Below are positions 20,320 through 28,563 of a stretch of 64,000 nucleotides of DNA, in pieces; the first letter of the stretch is position 1, and each line of letters opens with the position of its first letter. The notes under the pieces are model-generated. The model searched no databases and was not told the origin of the DNA. It saw only the letters and a program-made list of their open reading frames with translations. Made by a program: the position numbers and the translations under genes. The stretch is from an uncultured Gemmatimonadales bacterium (lineage in GTDB: Bacteria > Gemmatimonadota > Gemmatimonadetes > Gemmatimonadales > GWC2-71-9): assembly GCA_963798915.1 (NCBI GenBank), contig CAWCVB010000007.1, positions 143,640-207,639 of the forward strand. The letters run 5' to 3'.

Positions 20320-21210
20320 ATGCCCAGTGACAATCATCTCGGCCGCACTGTTGCGGGTTACCGCCTCGTCAAGCACATCGGCGAGGGGGGAACCGCCACG
20401 GTCTATCGTGCCGAGCACCCGGACCGCGGGCTGGCGGCGGTGAAGGTGCTGCGGCCGCGGCTGGCCCAGGATCCGGTGGCCATCAAGCGCTTCCTCCGCG
20501 AGGCGGAATACGGGAAGCGGGTGGTCCATCCCAAGATCGTCCGAACCTTCGATTATGGCGAGGCCGACGGGATCCACTTCCTTGCGCTCGAGTGGGCGGA
20601 GGGCGAGCCGCTGGCCAACTTCGTGCAGCGGGCGGGCCATGTCGCGCCGACCGTGGCGGCCACGATCGTCGAGCAGATCGGCGGGGCCCTGGGAGCGGCA
20701 CACAAGGCCGGCATCATCCACCGGGACCTCAAGCCGGCCAACATCATGTACAACCCGGCGACCCAGGAAGCCAAGCTCCTGGACTTTGGCATTGCCAGGG
20801 ACGCCGAAGTCAGCCCTGAGGAGCGGCTCACCCGGGCGGGATTCTTTGTGGGGACGCTTCAGTACGTCGCACCAGAGACACTTTCGGGTGAACTGGTGGG
20901 CGAACAGGCCGATGTGTACAGTCTTGCAACGATCGCCTACTACCTGCTGACCGGGGCACTGCCGTTCACCGGCCGCAACCCACGTGAGTTGTTCCAGCAA
21001 CTACTACAAGAAGAAGCGCTGCCACTGAACCAGGCGGTGAAGGGCATGAAGTTCAGCCCGGCCGTCGAGGCAGCGGTCATGAAGGGGCTGGCCCGGGACC
21101 GGGCCCAGCGCTACCAGACGGTGGACGCCTTCACTGTGGCCTTCTGCGCGGCGGCCCGGGACGAGAAGAAGAAGGGCGGGTTCCTCACCTCGCTCTTCGG
21201 CCGGAGCTGA
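20320..21210 (+). CDS. Hanks-type Ser/Thr protein kinase (kinase domain only)
   Basis: GEGGTATV, AVKVL, HRDLKPAN, DFG, GTLQYVAPE, ADVYSL; no TM segment. Confidence 0.95.
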   Translation: MPSDNHLGRTVAGYRLVKHIGEGGTATVYRAEHPDRGLAAVKVLRPRLAQDPVAIKRFLREAEYGKRVVHPKIVRTFDYGEADGIHFLALEWAEGEPLANFVQRAGHVAPTVAATIVEQIGGALGAAHKAGIIHRDLKPANIMYNPATQEAKLLDFGIARDAEVSPEERLTRAGFFVGTLQYVAPETLSGELVGEQADVYSLATIAYYLLTGALPFTGRNPRELFQQLLQEEALPLNQAVKGMKFSPAVEAAVMKGLARDRAQRYQTVDAFTVAFCAAARDEKKKGGFLTSLFGRS

Positions 21211-21771
21211 TGGGGCTCGAGCGGGACCGGGCCAGACTTCGGGCGCTCCTGCTGGAGCGGAGCGTCAAGCGGGGCGATTTCACCCTGGCCTCGGGCCAGC
21301 ACTCCTCCTATTACATCGACTGCCGTCTCACCACCATGAGCGCCGAGGGGCAGGGGCTCATCGGGAAGCTGGGGCTGGCGGCCATACGCGATCGCGGCTG
21401 GGTGCCGGACGCCGTTGGCGGCCTCACCATGGGCGCGGATCCGGTGGCCTACGCCATTGCGGCAGCAAGTTTTGGCAGCCCGCCGATAATTGATGCCTTC
21501 AGCGTGCGGAAAAGCGCCAAGGAGCACGGCACTGGCCGGCTGATCGAGGGGAACTTCGGCCCAGGGATCGCGGGTCGTGGTGATCGAGGACGTGATCACC
21601 TCGGGCGGCTCGGCGCTCAGGGCGATCGATGCGGTTCGGGATCAGGGCGGGGAAGTGCTGGGGCTGCTGGCGGTGGTGGACCGGGAGGGGGACGGGAGGG
21701 GGAGGGTAGAAGCGGCGAATGTGTCGGTCGTGGTGCTGGAGACGGCGAGAGGGTTGGGGATTGGGGGTTAG
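21210..21771 (+). CDS. pyrE: Orotate phosphoribosyltransferase; frameshift near 21560
   Basis: FTLASGQHSSYYIDCR, GGLTMGADP, RKSAKEHG, then VVIEDVITSGGS PRPP motif and VVDRE in the shifted frame. Confidence 0.93.
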
Positions 21772-21797
21772 GGGTTGGGGGTTGGGGGTTGGGGGTT
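21751..21797. repeat. G-rich heptamer tandem repeat (TTGGGGG-type)
   Basis: gggttggggattgggggttaggggttgggggttgggggttgggggtt overlapping the pyrE stop. Confidence 0.85.
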
Positions 21798-21898
21798 GCG
21801 TCATTGCGAGGAGCGCCCATCGGGAGCGACGAAGCAATCGGGTCGCTTGCGGAACGGGTGCGCTTCCGAACTGCAGTCGACACTCCGCAACAGCGAAT

Positions 21899-21940
21899 CA
21901 CGAGAAACACGAAAGTCACGAAACTCACGAAAGCACGGAA
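21899..21940. repeat. Nonamer repeat (CACGAAANN) x~5
   Basis: cacgagaaa cacgaaagt cacgaaact cacgaaag cacggaa; inverted counterpart at ~23044-23080. Confidence 0.75.
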
Positions 21941-22186
21941 CTGATACGCGCAGGCAACCGCCATCCGTGACGCGGCACATTGCAGACCGGCGAAGTTGTC
22001 TATTTCGGCTGCACGTAGGACGCTATTTCCAGGATGATGCCGACCCCGATTGGCTGTCAGTGTAGCTTCGTCAGCGTACGCACTGGGCGGTTCAGGCCTT
22101 CCGAGCTTGCGTGACTCCGTGCGATATTGCCCTGTCCCGCCGATGACCAAGCGACCAGCAATTACCTCTCGTTTGGTGGAGGTGCC

Positions 22187-22993
22187 ATGCGTGCACGTCG
22201 TGGGGTGATTCTGGCTCCAGTTGTGATCGCCGCGATGGCAGCGGCATGCGACTCCACCGCGCCCGCCAAGGGCACCCATCTTTCCGGCGTGATCACCGAA
22301 CTCGGCAAGATCCCGGCTCCGCCAATGGATGTGAAAGTCCGCATCTGGCGATCCGGGAATCCATCGGCCGAGGACGCCGCAATCCTCCTGACGGACGCGA
22401 ATGGCGCATTTGCCGTGGATCTGGCTGCGGTTGAACCGCCCGAGCTGGACAGCGTTCGCGTCATGGCAACGCGCTACGATTGTGAAGGAAATCGGGTGAC
22501 GGGAGTCACAGTGCGTCGCGCAGACATCGCCGGAGCCAGGTCCATCACCATGCCCAGGATCAACCTGAATTTCGAGCTGGCTACGCCAGATGTGGCCAAT
22601 GGGGCTGCCGTCTGTGCGGCCATTCCCCGGCGAACGGCCACGCTCGAGATCGATGACATGGCCCGTCTCGCGATCTGGATCGATGACATCAGTGATTCAG
22701 TCCGCGGCCGCTGGCGCGCAAACCACTCCGCCTCCATTGGTGATGACTTCGGCTATTTCAGCGGCTATGAAGCAGTGAATGCCGGCATTTCAGAGCTGCA
22801 TCTCCATCTTCGGCCCACCGAACCGGCATCGTGCACCGGCCTCGATCTTGTCATTCCCACCGTGGCCGACGGCAGTGCCGAGATGGATGTCGCGACCCTG
22901 AGTGGAGGCGGCAGCTGTTCGCTGCCGGACGGACCCATCAGGTTCTTCAAGGGTGCGAGTCTGTCCGAGGTCCAGCCCCCGCTTCTCATGTAA
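22187..22993 (+). CDS. Hypothetical lipoprotein
   Basis: GGAGG RBS; MRARRGVILAPVVIAAMAAAC lipoprotein signal. Confidence 0.7.
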   Translation: MRARRGVILAPVVIAAMAAACDSTAPAKGTHLSGVITELGKIPAPPMDVKVRIWRSGNPSAEDAAILLTDANGAFAVDLAAVEPPELDSVRVMATRYDCEGNRVTGVTVRRADIAGARSITMPRINLNFELATPDVANGAAVCAAIPRRTATLEIDDMARLAIWIDDISDSVRGRWRANHSASIGDDFGYFSGYEAVNAGISELHLHLRPTEPASCTGLDLVIPTVADGSAEMDVATLSGGGSCSLPDGPIRFFKGASLSEVQPPLLM

Positions 22994-23137
22994 GCACAAT
23001 CCAGTAACCAAAATCCAGGCATCGGAATCCTCCGGGCCTTCGATTTCTTGTACCTTTCGTGATTTCGTGTGCCCTTTGTCATGACCTCGTAATACCGCTG
23101 TTCCATCCCTGCAAGCTGCATCTGCTATGCTGGGTTC

Positions 23138-23656
23138 ATGCGCCGAGCCCTGCCATTTGGTCCCCTCCAGTTTACAGCTCTCAGCGCGGGAGTGCTGACA
23201 GTAGTTCTGATTTGTGTCCTGATCACCGACGCAGGTGGCGTCTGGTGGGCGCTTCCATTTCCCCGCGAACTCGCCATGTATCGCCTGGAGCATGCGGCCA
23301 ACTACTTCGCTTTTGGTGGCTGTGCGTATGCGCCAGCTCAGTCGTGGCAGCTCCTCCGCGAACAGCCGAATGCCACCGAGCTGTTTGACAGCGTCGCCAC
23401 CCACGCCGACTCGGCGGCGGGGCAGGTGATGGCGTTGGCCGGGCTGATCGTGGCCTCAGGAAGCGAGACTCAGGGCACAAGACACATGACCCGTATTGCT
23501 GATTCCGCCATACAGCTTCAAGAGATTCGGGTCATCCACGGCTACTGGCCGGATAGTCGCACGGATACATTGTCGCTGTCACAGATGCTGGCACCATCGC
23601 TCCTGGATTCGGTCATCGCGTTGCTGATGCAACCTCCGTGGACTCCTGAATGCTAG
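23138..23656 (+). CDS. Hypothetical membrane-anchored protein
   Basis: 172-aa ORF with an N-terminal hydrophobic helix; no recognised motif. Confidence 0.5.
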   Translation: MRRALPFGPLQFTALSAGVLTVVLICVLITDAGGVWWALPFPRELAMYRLEHAANYFAFGGCAYAPAQSWQLLREQPNATELFDSVATHADSAAGQVMALAGLIVASGSETQGTRHMTRIADSAIQLQEIRVIHGYWPDSRTDTLSLSQMLAPSLLDSVIALLMQPPWTPEC

Positions 23657-23798
23657 GAGATCGCAACCGGAGCACTGGACGTACTTGCCCGCGACCCGCC
23701 CTGAATCGAACCTGCTCGCACAATTTGGATCCATACACGCCGCCGCCGCATTCTAGCTTCGGACACGCGCTGGCCCGTGGAGCACGGGCCAACGACAC

Positions 23799-23828
23799 TT
23801 GACATGATGGTAACTGTAACGTTACCAT
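23799..23828 (+). promoter_or_regulatory. Sigma70-like promoter overlapped by an inverted-repeat operator of the TA operon
   Basis: TTGACA (23799-23804), 18 bp, TACCAT (23823-23828); IR ATGGTAAC-N6-GTTACCAT (23807-23828). Confidence 0.8.
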
Positions 23829-23841
23829 TGCAGAGGCGGGT

Positions 23842-24207
23842 ATGGAGCTCCGGGAGTACATCCGGCCGGATGGCTCGAACCCGTACCGGCGCTGGTTCGA
23901 TAGGCTGAGCGCACCCGCCGCTGCCAAGGTCGCCATCGCGACCATGCGACTGAGCCAGGGAAATACCTCGCATGTGAAATGGTTCGATGGTATCGGCGAG
24001 TACGTGGTTGACTGGGGTCCTGGGTACCGTATCTATCTGGCGCAGGATGGCCACGATCTGATCATCCTGTACGGCGGCGGGATCAAGAAGCGCCAGCAGC
24101 GGGACATCGCAAAGGCCAAGACTCTCCACAGCGAATACAAGGCTCGTAACGCGGCAAAGCAAGCAGGCGGACGGAAGCAGAGACGCAAGTCACCCCGACG
24201 GAGATGA
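23842..24207 (+). CDS. Type II toxin, RelE/ParE superfamily (addiction module killer, HigB-like)
   Basis: GSNPYRRWFDRL, RLSQGN, GIGEYVVDWGPGYRIYLAQDG..LIILYGGGIK. Confidence 0.9.
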   Translation: MELREYIRPDGSNPYRRWFDRLSAPAAAKVAIATMRLSQGNTSHVKWFDGIGEYVVDWGPGYRIYLAQDGHDLIILYGGGIKKRQQRDIAKAKTLHSEYKARNAAKQAGGRKQRRKSPRRR

Positions 24208-24213
24208 GGCCAG

Positions 24214-24537
24214 ATGGCACTCACTCGCGACTTCAAACACACCGTCGCCTCCCGGCTCGCAAGGGATCCGGCCTTCGCCAAGGCGTTGCTCAATGAGGCC
24301 GCCACGCTCTTTCTCAACGGCGAGCCCGAGACTGCGCGGCTCACCTTGCGTGAACTGGTCAATGCAACCCTGGGCTTCGAAGAGCTCGCGACGTTGACGG
24401 ACACGCCAAGCAAGAGCCTGCACCGGATGCTGTCTGATCGGGGGAACCCGAGCATGGACAATCTGGCGGCTATCTTCAACGCGCTCCGCCAGCAACTCAA
24501 GATCGATCTTCGCGCCAAGGCGGTTTCGGCCGCATGA
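24214..24537 (+). CDS. Cognate HTH antitoxin (addiction module antidote)
   Basis: MALTRDFK..RDPAFAKALLNEA, GFEELA...KSLHRMLSDRGNP; downstream of the toxin. Confidence 0.9.
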   Translation: MALTRDFKHTVASRLARDPAFAKALLNEAATLFLNGEPETARLTLRELVNATLGFEELATLTDTPSKSLHRMLSDRGNPSMDNLAAIFNALRQQLKIDLRAKAVSAA

Positions 24538-24685
24538 GTGCCGCCGACAGTCGTCACACGTCCAATCCCCTCTCCATCGCCACCCGCTTTTGTATCGGGA
24601 CTGCCCGACCACTGGCCCAGCACGAGCGGGAGAATCTCGATCCGCCGGCTCCACATCTTCCGACCTGCGGGGGCTCGCAAACCCG

Positions 24686-25226
24686 ACCTTTCTCGCCGAG
24701 GCGATCCTCTTTGGCCTCGATGGCGTACTCGTGGACTCCCGGCGCTGCATTGAGCAGGTCTGGCGGGATTGGGCCGGGCGGAATTCGATGGACGCCGACA
24801 CCATCATCCGAGTCGCCCACGGCAGGCGCACCAGCGACACGCTGCGCGAGGTGGCGCCGGAACTGACATTGCGGCGGAAGTTGCCGAACTGGATCGCATC
24901 GAAGCAACTGAGCGTCGCGGTGTCGAGCCGGTGCCCGGCGCCCTGAAGCTTCTCGATTCCATTCCTTGTCGGCCGGCTATCTCGAAGCTGCCCGCCGCCT
25001 CGGGGTGGATCCTTCAAGGTGCGCAGTTGTCGAGGACGCCCCTGCCGGCATCGCTGCCGGCAATGCGGCGGGAATGTTTGTCCTTGGCATGGAGGGCACC
25101 TGCCCGACCTACACCCTGGCCAGTGCGAACTGCGTCCTCGCCATGCTGGGCAAGCTCCACTGCAGCGTCAGTGCAGCTCGATGGCTTGAGCTCGATTTTG
25201 GCCAGGAGCCGCCCCATGCAGATTGA
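24686..25226 (+). pseudogene. HAD-superfamily sugar phosphatase (YfbT-like) pseudogene
   Basis: AILFGLDGVLVDS (catalytic Asp replaced by Gly), AHGRRT, PVPGA and VVEDAPAGIAAG spread over three frames; central VTS..GKP segment missing. Confidence 0.8.
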
Positions 25227-25261
25227 GAGCCTCTCACGAAGAGCGACTGCAGGGGCAGGGC

Positions 25262-25352
25262 TCGACCCGCAACCCTCGACCCTTGACCCGCGACCCGCGA
25301 CCCGCGACCCGCGACCCGCGACCCTCGACCCTCGACCCTCGACCCTCGACCA
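25262..25352. repeat. Heptamer tandem repeat (CGACCC[TG]) x~13
   Basis: Continuous cgacccg/cgaccct units immediately before the TfoX start. Confidence 0.92.
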
Positions 25353-25357
25353 CCAAC

Positions 25358-25690
25358 ATGCCCGTCTCCCCGTCCTTCCGCACCTACGTCCTCGAGCAAC
25401 TCTCGCGCGTGACGCCCAATGTGCGCTCCCGCAGCATGTTCGGCGGCGTCGGCATCTACGGCGGCGACCTGTTCTTTGCCCTGATCGACGACGACCTGGT
25501 CTACTTCAAGGTGGACGACACCAACCGGCCTGATTTCGAGGCTCGCGGGATGGAGCCCTTCCGGCCCGGCGGGCCCGACGGCGAGGCGATGCAGTACTAC
25601 CAGCTGCCGGCGGAACTGCTGGAGGACAGCGAGGAGCTGGAGATCTGGGTGGAACGGGCATTGGCAGTGGCTCGGCGAAAACGGAAGTGA
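25358..25690 (+). CDS. TfoX/Sxy N-terminal domain protein
   Basis: VLEQL...RSMFGGVGIY...FALI...YFKVDD..R..FE..GMEPF...YYQLP. Confidence 0.9.
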   Translation: MPVSPSFRTYVLEQLSRVTPNVRSRSMFGGVGIYGGDLFFALIDDDLVYFKVDDTNRPDFEARGMEPFRPGGPDGEAMQYYQLPAELLEDSEELEIWVERALAVARRKRK

Positions 25691-25774
25691 TTCGGGAGCA
25701 CGGAAATTCGTCGGTCGTCATGTGCTGCTGATGACTGACGACCGAAGACGGACGACGCTTTCTGACAGGACCGC

Positions 25775-28297
25775 CTACGACGCCACCGCCACCTGCTCCA
25801 GGGTCTGCCGCACGGTGGCCGCCAGTTCATTGCGATCGAAGGGTTTCTGCAGAAAGGGGTAGCGCCCGTCGCTGATGCCGCGGCGCAAGGCGTCATCGTC
25901 GGTGTAGCCCGACATGAGCACCACCTTGATGCCAGGGCGCAGCGAGGCAACCTGGCGCGCCACCTCGCCGCCGGCCAGATTCGGCATCACGGCATCGGTC
26001 AACAGCAGGTCAATCGCGCCATCATACGTGGCCGCCACTCGGACGCCGCCCACACCATCGGACGCTTCAAGCACGCGATAGCCATGGTGCTGCAGGATCC
26101 GCCGGGTGCCTCGCCGGACGGCGTCGTCGTCTTCCACCAGCAGAATTGTCTCGGTACCGTCAAGCCGCTCGCACTGCCCCCTGGCCAGCCTTGCACCCGT
26201 TGCCGGAGCTGACCTGACAGTAGGCAGCGTCACGATGAAGGTCGAGCCTCGACCTGGCGTCGTCTCGACCGAAAGCTCACCACCGAACTGCGCCACGATA
26301 CCGTGCGCCGTCGAGAGACCAAGTCCGGTGCCCTTGCCCCGCTTCTTGGTCGTAAAGAACGGCTCGAACACCCGGGTCAGGATCTCCGGCGGAATGCCGG
26401 TCCCCGTGTCCCGCGCCGTCAAGATCACGTAGCTCTGGCCGGTCGCCTCGTTCACTCCCAGCGCCGTACTGAGCGTGAAGGTGCCGCCCGCGGGCATGGC
26501 GTCGCCGGCGTTGAGGGCCAGATTCAGCAGCACCTGCTGAAGCTGCGAGGCATCGGCGCACACGTAAGCCAGCTGCGGGCATAGCACGGTACGGATTTCA
26601 ATGTCCTCGCGCATGACGCGCCGGATCAGCGATGCAGATTCGCGGACGGCCGCGTTCAGGTCCAGCGTCTCCGTCTGGACCACCTGTTGCCGGCTGAACG
26701 CCAGCAGCTGCGCCGTGAGTCCGGCCGCCGCCTCGCAGACCCGGCGTGTCTCGCGAACCTCCGCCATGGCCGTCGCATTCCCGGCGCACTCCTCGGCGAG
26801 GAGATCGCACGATCCGATGGCCACGGTCAGCATGTTGTTAAAGTCGTGGGCAATGCCGCCGGCCAGCATGCCGACCGCTTGCATCTTCTGCGCCTGCACC
26901 AGGCGCGCCTCCAGTTCCCGCTGCTCGGTGATGTCGGCGATGACACCAAGCGAGATGGGTGATGCCGCGCCAGGGCGGGGCACCGAGCGGCAGGTGGCGC
27001 GGACACACCGCACCTCTCCGCCGCCCTGCTGAACGCGATACTCGAGACTGAACGCCTCCTGGTTGGTCACCAGGGCATCGAAGGCTGATTCCAGCGCCGG
27101 TCGGTCGTCCGGCAGCGCAGCGCCCAGAAGCCCACCCAGCGAAGGTTCGTGCGTATCCGGGTCGTAACCCAGAATCCGATGGAGCTCCGGGGTCCAGGTC
27201 ATCCGGCCGCTGTCAGCATCCCAGGTCCAGCTCCCCATCCGTCCCAATGCCTGCGCTTCGGCCAGCAGTGCCCGCGATGCGGCGGAATCGCGCTGGCTGC
27301 GAGCCAGCATGCTACGGCGAGTGATTGCGACCAGCAGGACCAGAACCAGCCCCGCAAGCAGCGTCGCCTGAAGTTCCGAGGCCAGATGCTGGTAGTATCC
27401 GGCCAGCACTTCCGCTTCGCCGATCGAGCGCACCATCCCCCAGGAGGTGCCGGGAACATGCCTGACCGCTGCCAGCACCCGGCGGCCCTCAGCGTCTCTG
27501 AAGAGGTCGGTACTGTCCTGGCCACTGGTGGCGAGCTGGCTGGCCGGCGAGGCCGAGTCCCAGGGCTCATGCAGGCTGAACGGCGCCGCCGCCGGATAGA
27601 CCGAACCGCTGATCACGACAAGTTCATCGCCGATTCGGCCGATCAGGCGGCTCTGCCCGGTCTCGCTTCCCGGCAACTCGATGGGCAGGCGCGGCAGGAG
27701 GGTGACGTTGAGATCGGTCCGCAGGATCACGGCGCCCAACGTTCTGGCCAGCGGCCCGGCGACGGGGGCAGCGAAAGCCACCGTGGCATGGCCGTGCTCG
27801 TCGCGGAACGGTCCGACCATGACACTGGCGCCCGACTGGACGACCGTGCGGGCCGCGGTGCGCTCAGCCTCCGCTAACGACGTGCCAGCCGCGCCGGCAT
27901 GCGCGACGGTCGCCCCGTTCGCGTCCACCACCCACGCGTCCTCGTAGCCATAGCGGGCCCGCACGCTCTCAAGACTGCTGGTGACACGGGCTCGAACTCT
28001 GGCTGACCCCAGCCTGTCGGGCGAGTCGGCCAGCTCCGTGACGTTGTTGCCGGCCACTGCCGCATCCGAACGGCGCTCGACCAGCCAGTACTCGACGTTG
28101 GCCGCCGCCTGGCCGGCATTGGAGGAAAGAACCTGGCGCAGGCCCCCGAAAGCGTTGCGGTAGAGATATTTCGCGCGGAAGATGCCGCCGGCCACAAGGG
28201 CCGCCACAAGGGCGGCGGCCCCAAGCCAGAAAAGCGGCCCGGAATTCCAGGCAGCTTCGGGCCGTGATCTCGTCATCTGCCAAGGTCGTGGCGACAT
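25775..28297 (-). CDS. Hybrid sensor histidine kinase/response regulator (Cache-like, PAS, HisKA, HATPase, REC)
   Basis: Two TMs, GSWTWD PAS, AGGIAHDFNNML, NLALNAGDAM, DTGTG, FEPFFTTK..GKGTGLGL, LLVEDD..LLTDAVMP..LQKPF; start uncertain. Confidence 0.93.
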   Translation of the reverse strand: MSPRPWQMTRSRPEAAWNSGPLFWLGAAALVAALVAGGIFRAKYLYRNAFGGLRQVLSSNAGQAAANVEYWLVERRSDAAVAGNNVTELADSPDRLGSARVRARVTSSLESVRARYGYEDAWVVDANGATVAHAGAAGTSLAEAERTAARTVVQSGASVMVGPFRDEHGHATVAFAAPVAGPLARTLGAVILRTDLNVTLLPRLPIELPGSETGQSRLIGRIGDELVVISGSVYPAAAPFSLHEPWDSASPASQLATSGQDSTDLFRDAEGRRVLAAVRHVPGTSWGMVRSIGEAEVLAGYYQHLASELQATLLAGLVLVLLVAITRRSMLARSQRDSAASRALLAEAQALGRMGSWTWDADSGRMTWTPELHRILGYDPDTHEPSLGGLLGAALPDDRPALESAFDALVTNQEAFSLEYRVQQGGGEVRCVRATCRSVPRPGAASPISLGVIADITEQRELEARLVQAQKMQAVGMLAGGIAHDFNNMLTVAIGSCDLLAEECAGNATAMAEVRETRRVCEAAAGLTAQLLAFSRQQVVQTETLDLNAAVRESASLIRRVMREDIEIRTVLCPQLAYVCADASQLQQVLLNLALNAGDAMPAGGTFTLSTALGVNEATGQSYVILTARDTGTGIPPEILTRVFEPFFTTKKRGKGTGLGLSTAHGIVAQFGGELSVETTPGRGSTFIVTLPTVRSAPATGARLARGQCERLDGTETILLVEDDDAVRRGTRRILQHHGYRVLEASDGVGGVRVAATYDGAIDLLLTDAVMPNLAGGEVARQVASLRPGIKVVLMSGYTDDDALRRGISDGRYPFLQKPFDRNELAATVRQTLEQVAVAS

Positions 28298-28432
28298 GCC
28301 GGACGCAGCCCTGCCTCTGAGTGATTGTGGGGGAAGTAGAGATGCGGAAGGCAGGTCCTGTGCCAATCGGCGACTGGCAGGTCCCGCCGCGCAGGCCTTG
28401 CGGTCCGAGGGCGAGATCCGGTGCCATCGGAA

Positions 28433-28520
28433 TTCACCGCGAAGACGCAGAGGACACGGAGACAGACGATGGACTTTCCTCGCCCTGACGCTGCGACCTC
28501 TGCGCCTCCGCGATAGATTC
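28433..28520. repeat. Opposed short repeats forming a hairpin (CGCAGAG../CTCTGCG..)
   Basis: caccgcgaagacgcagaggacacggaga ... ctgcgacctctgcgcctccgcg. Confidence 0.6.
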
Positions 28521-28563
28521 CAGAAATCCGCAGCTACGCGTATCGCCATCACCAGAGGTAATC

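Noticed and set aside
1440..21570. Frameshifts in def (~1450), the patatin gene (~5262) and pyrE (~21560) as programmed frameshifting or pseudogenes
   Set aside because: They are single-base indels, mostly in short G/C runs, in otherwise intact genes with no slippery-site context; assembly error is the simpler explanation. The same caveat applies to araC, the acylase and darT.
21751..21797. Functional G-quadruplex at the pyrE 3' end
   Set aside because: G4-compatible, but it fits the general heptamer-repeat family here and there is no independent evidence of function.
25262..25352. Tandem repeats as a CRISPR array
   Set aside because: Contiguous 7-mers without unique spacers; no cas genes in the window.
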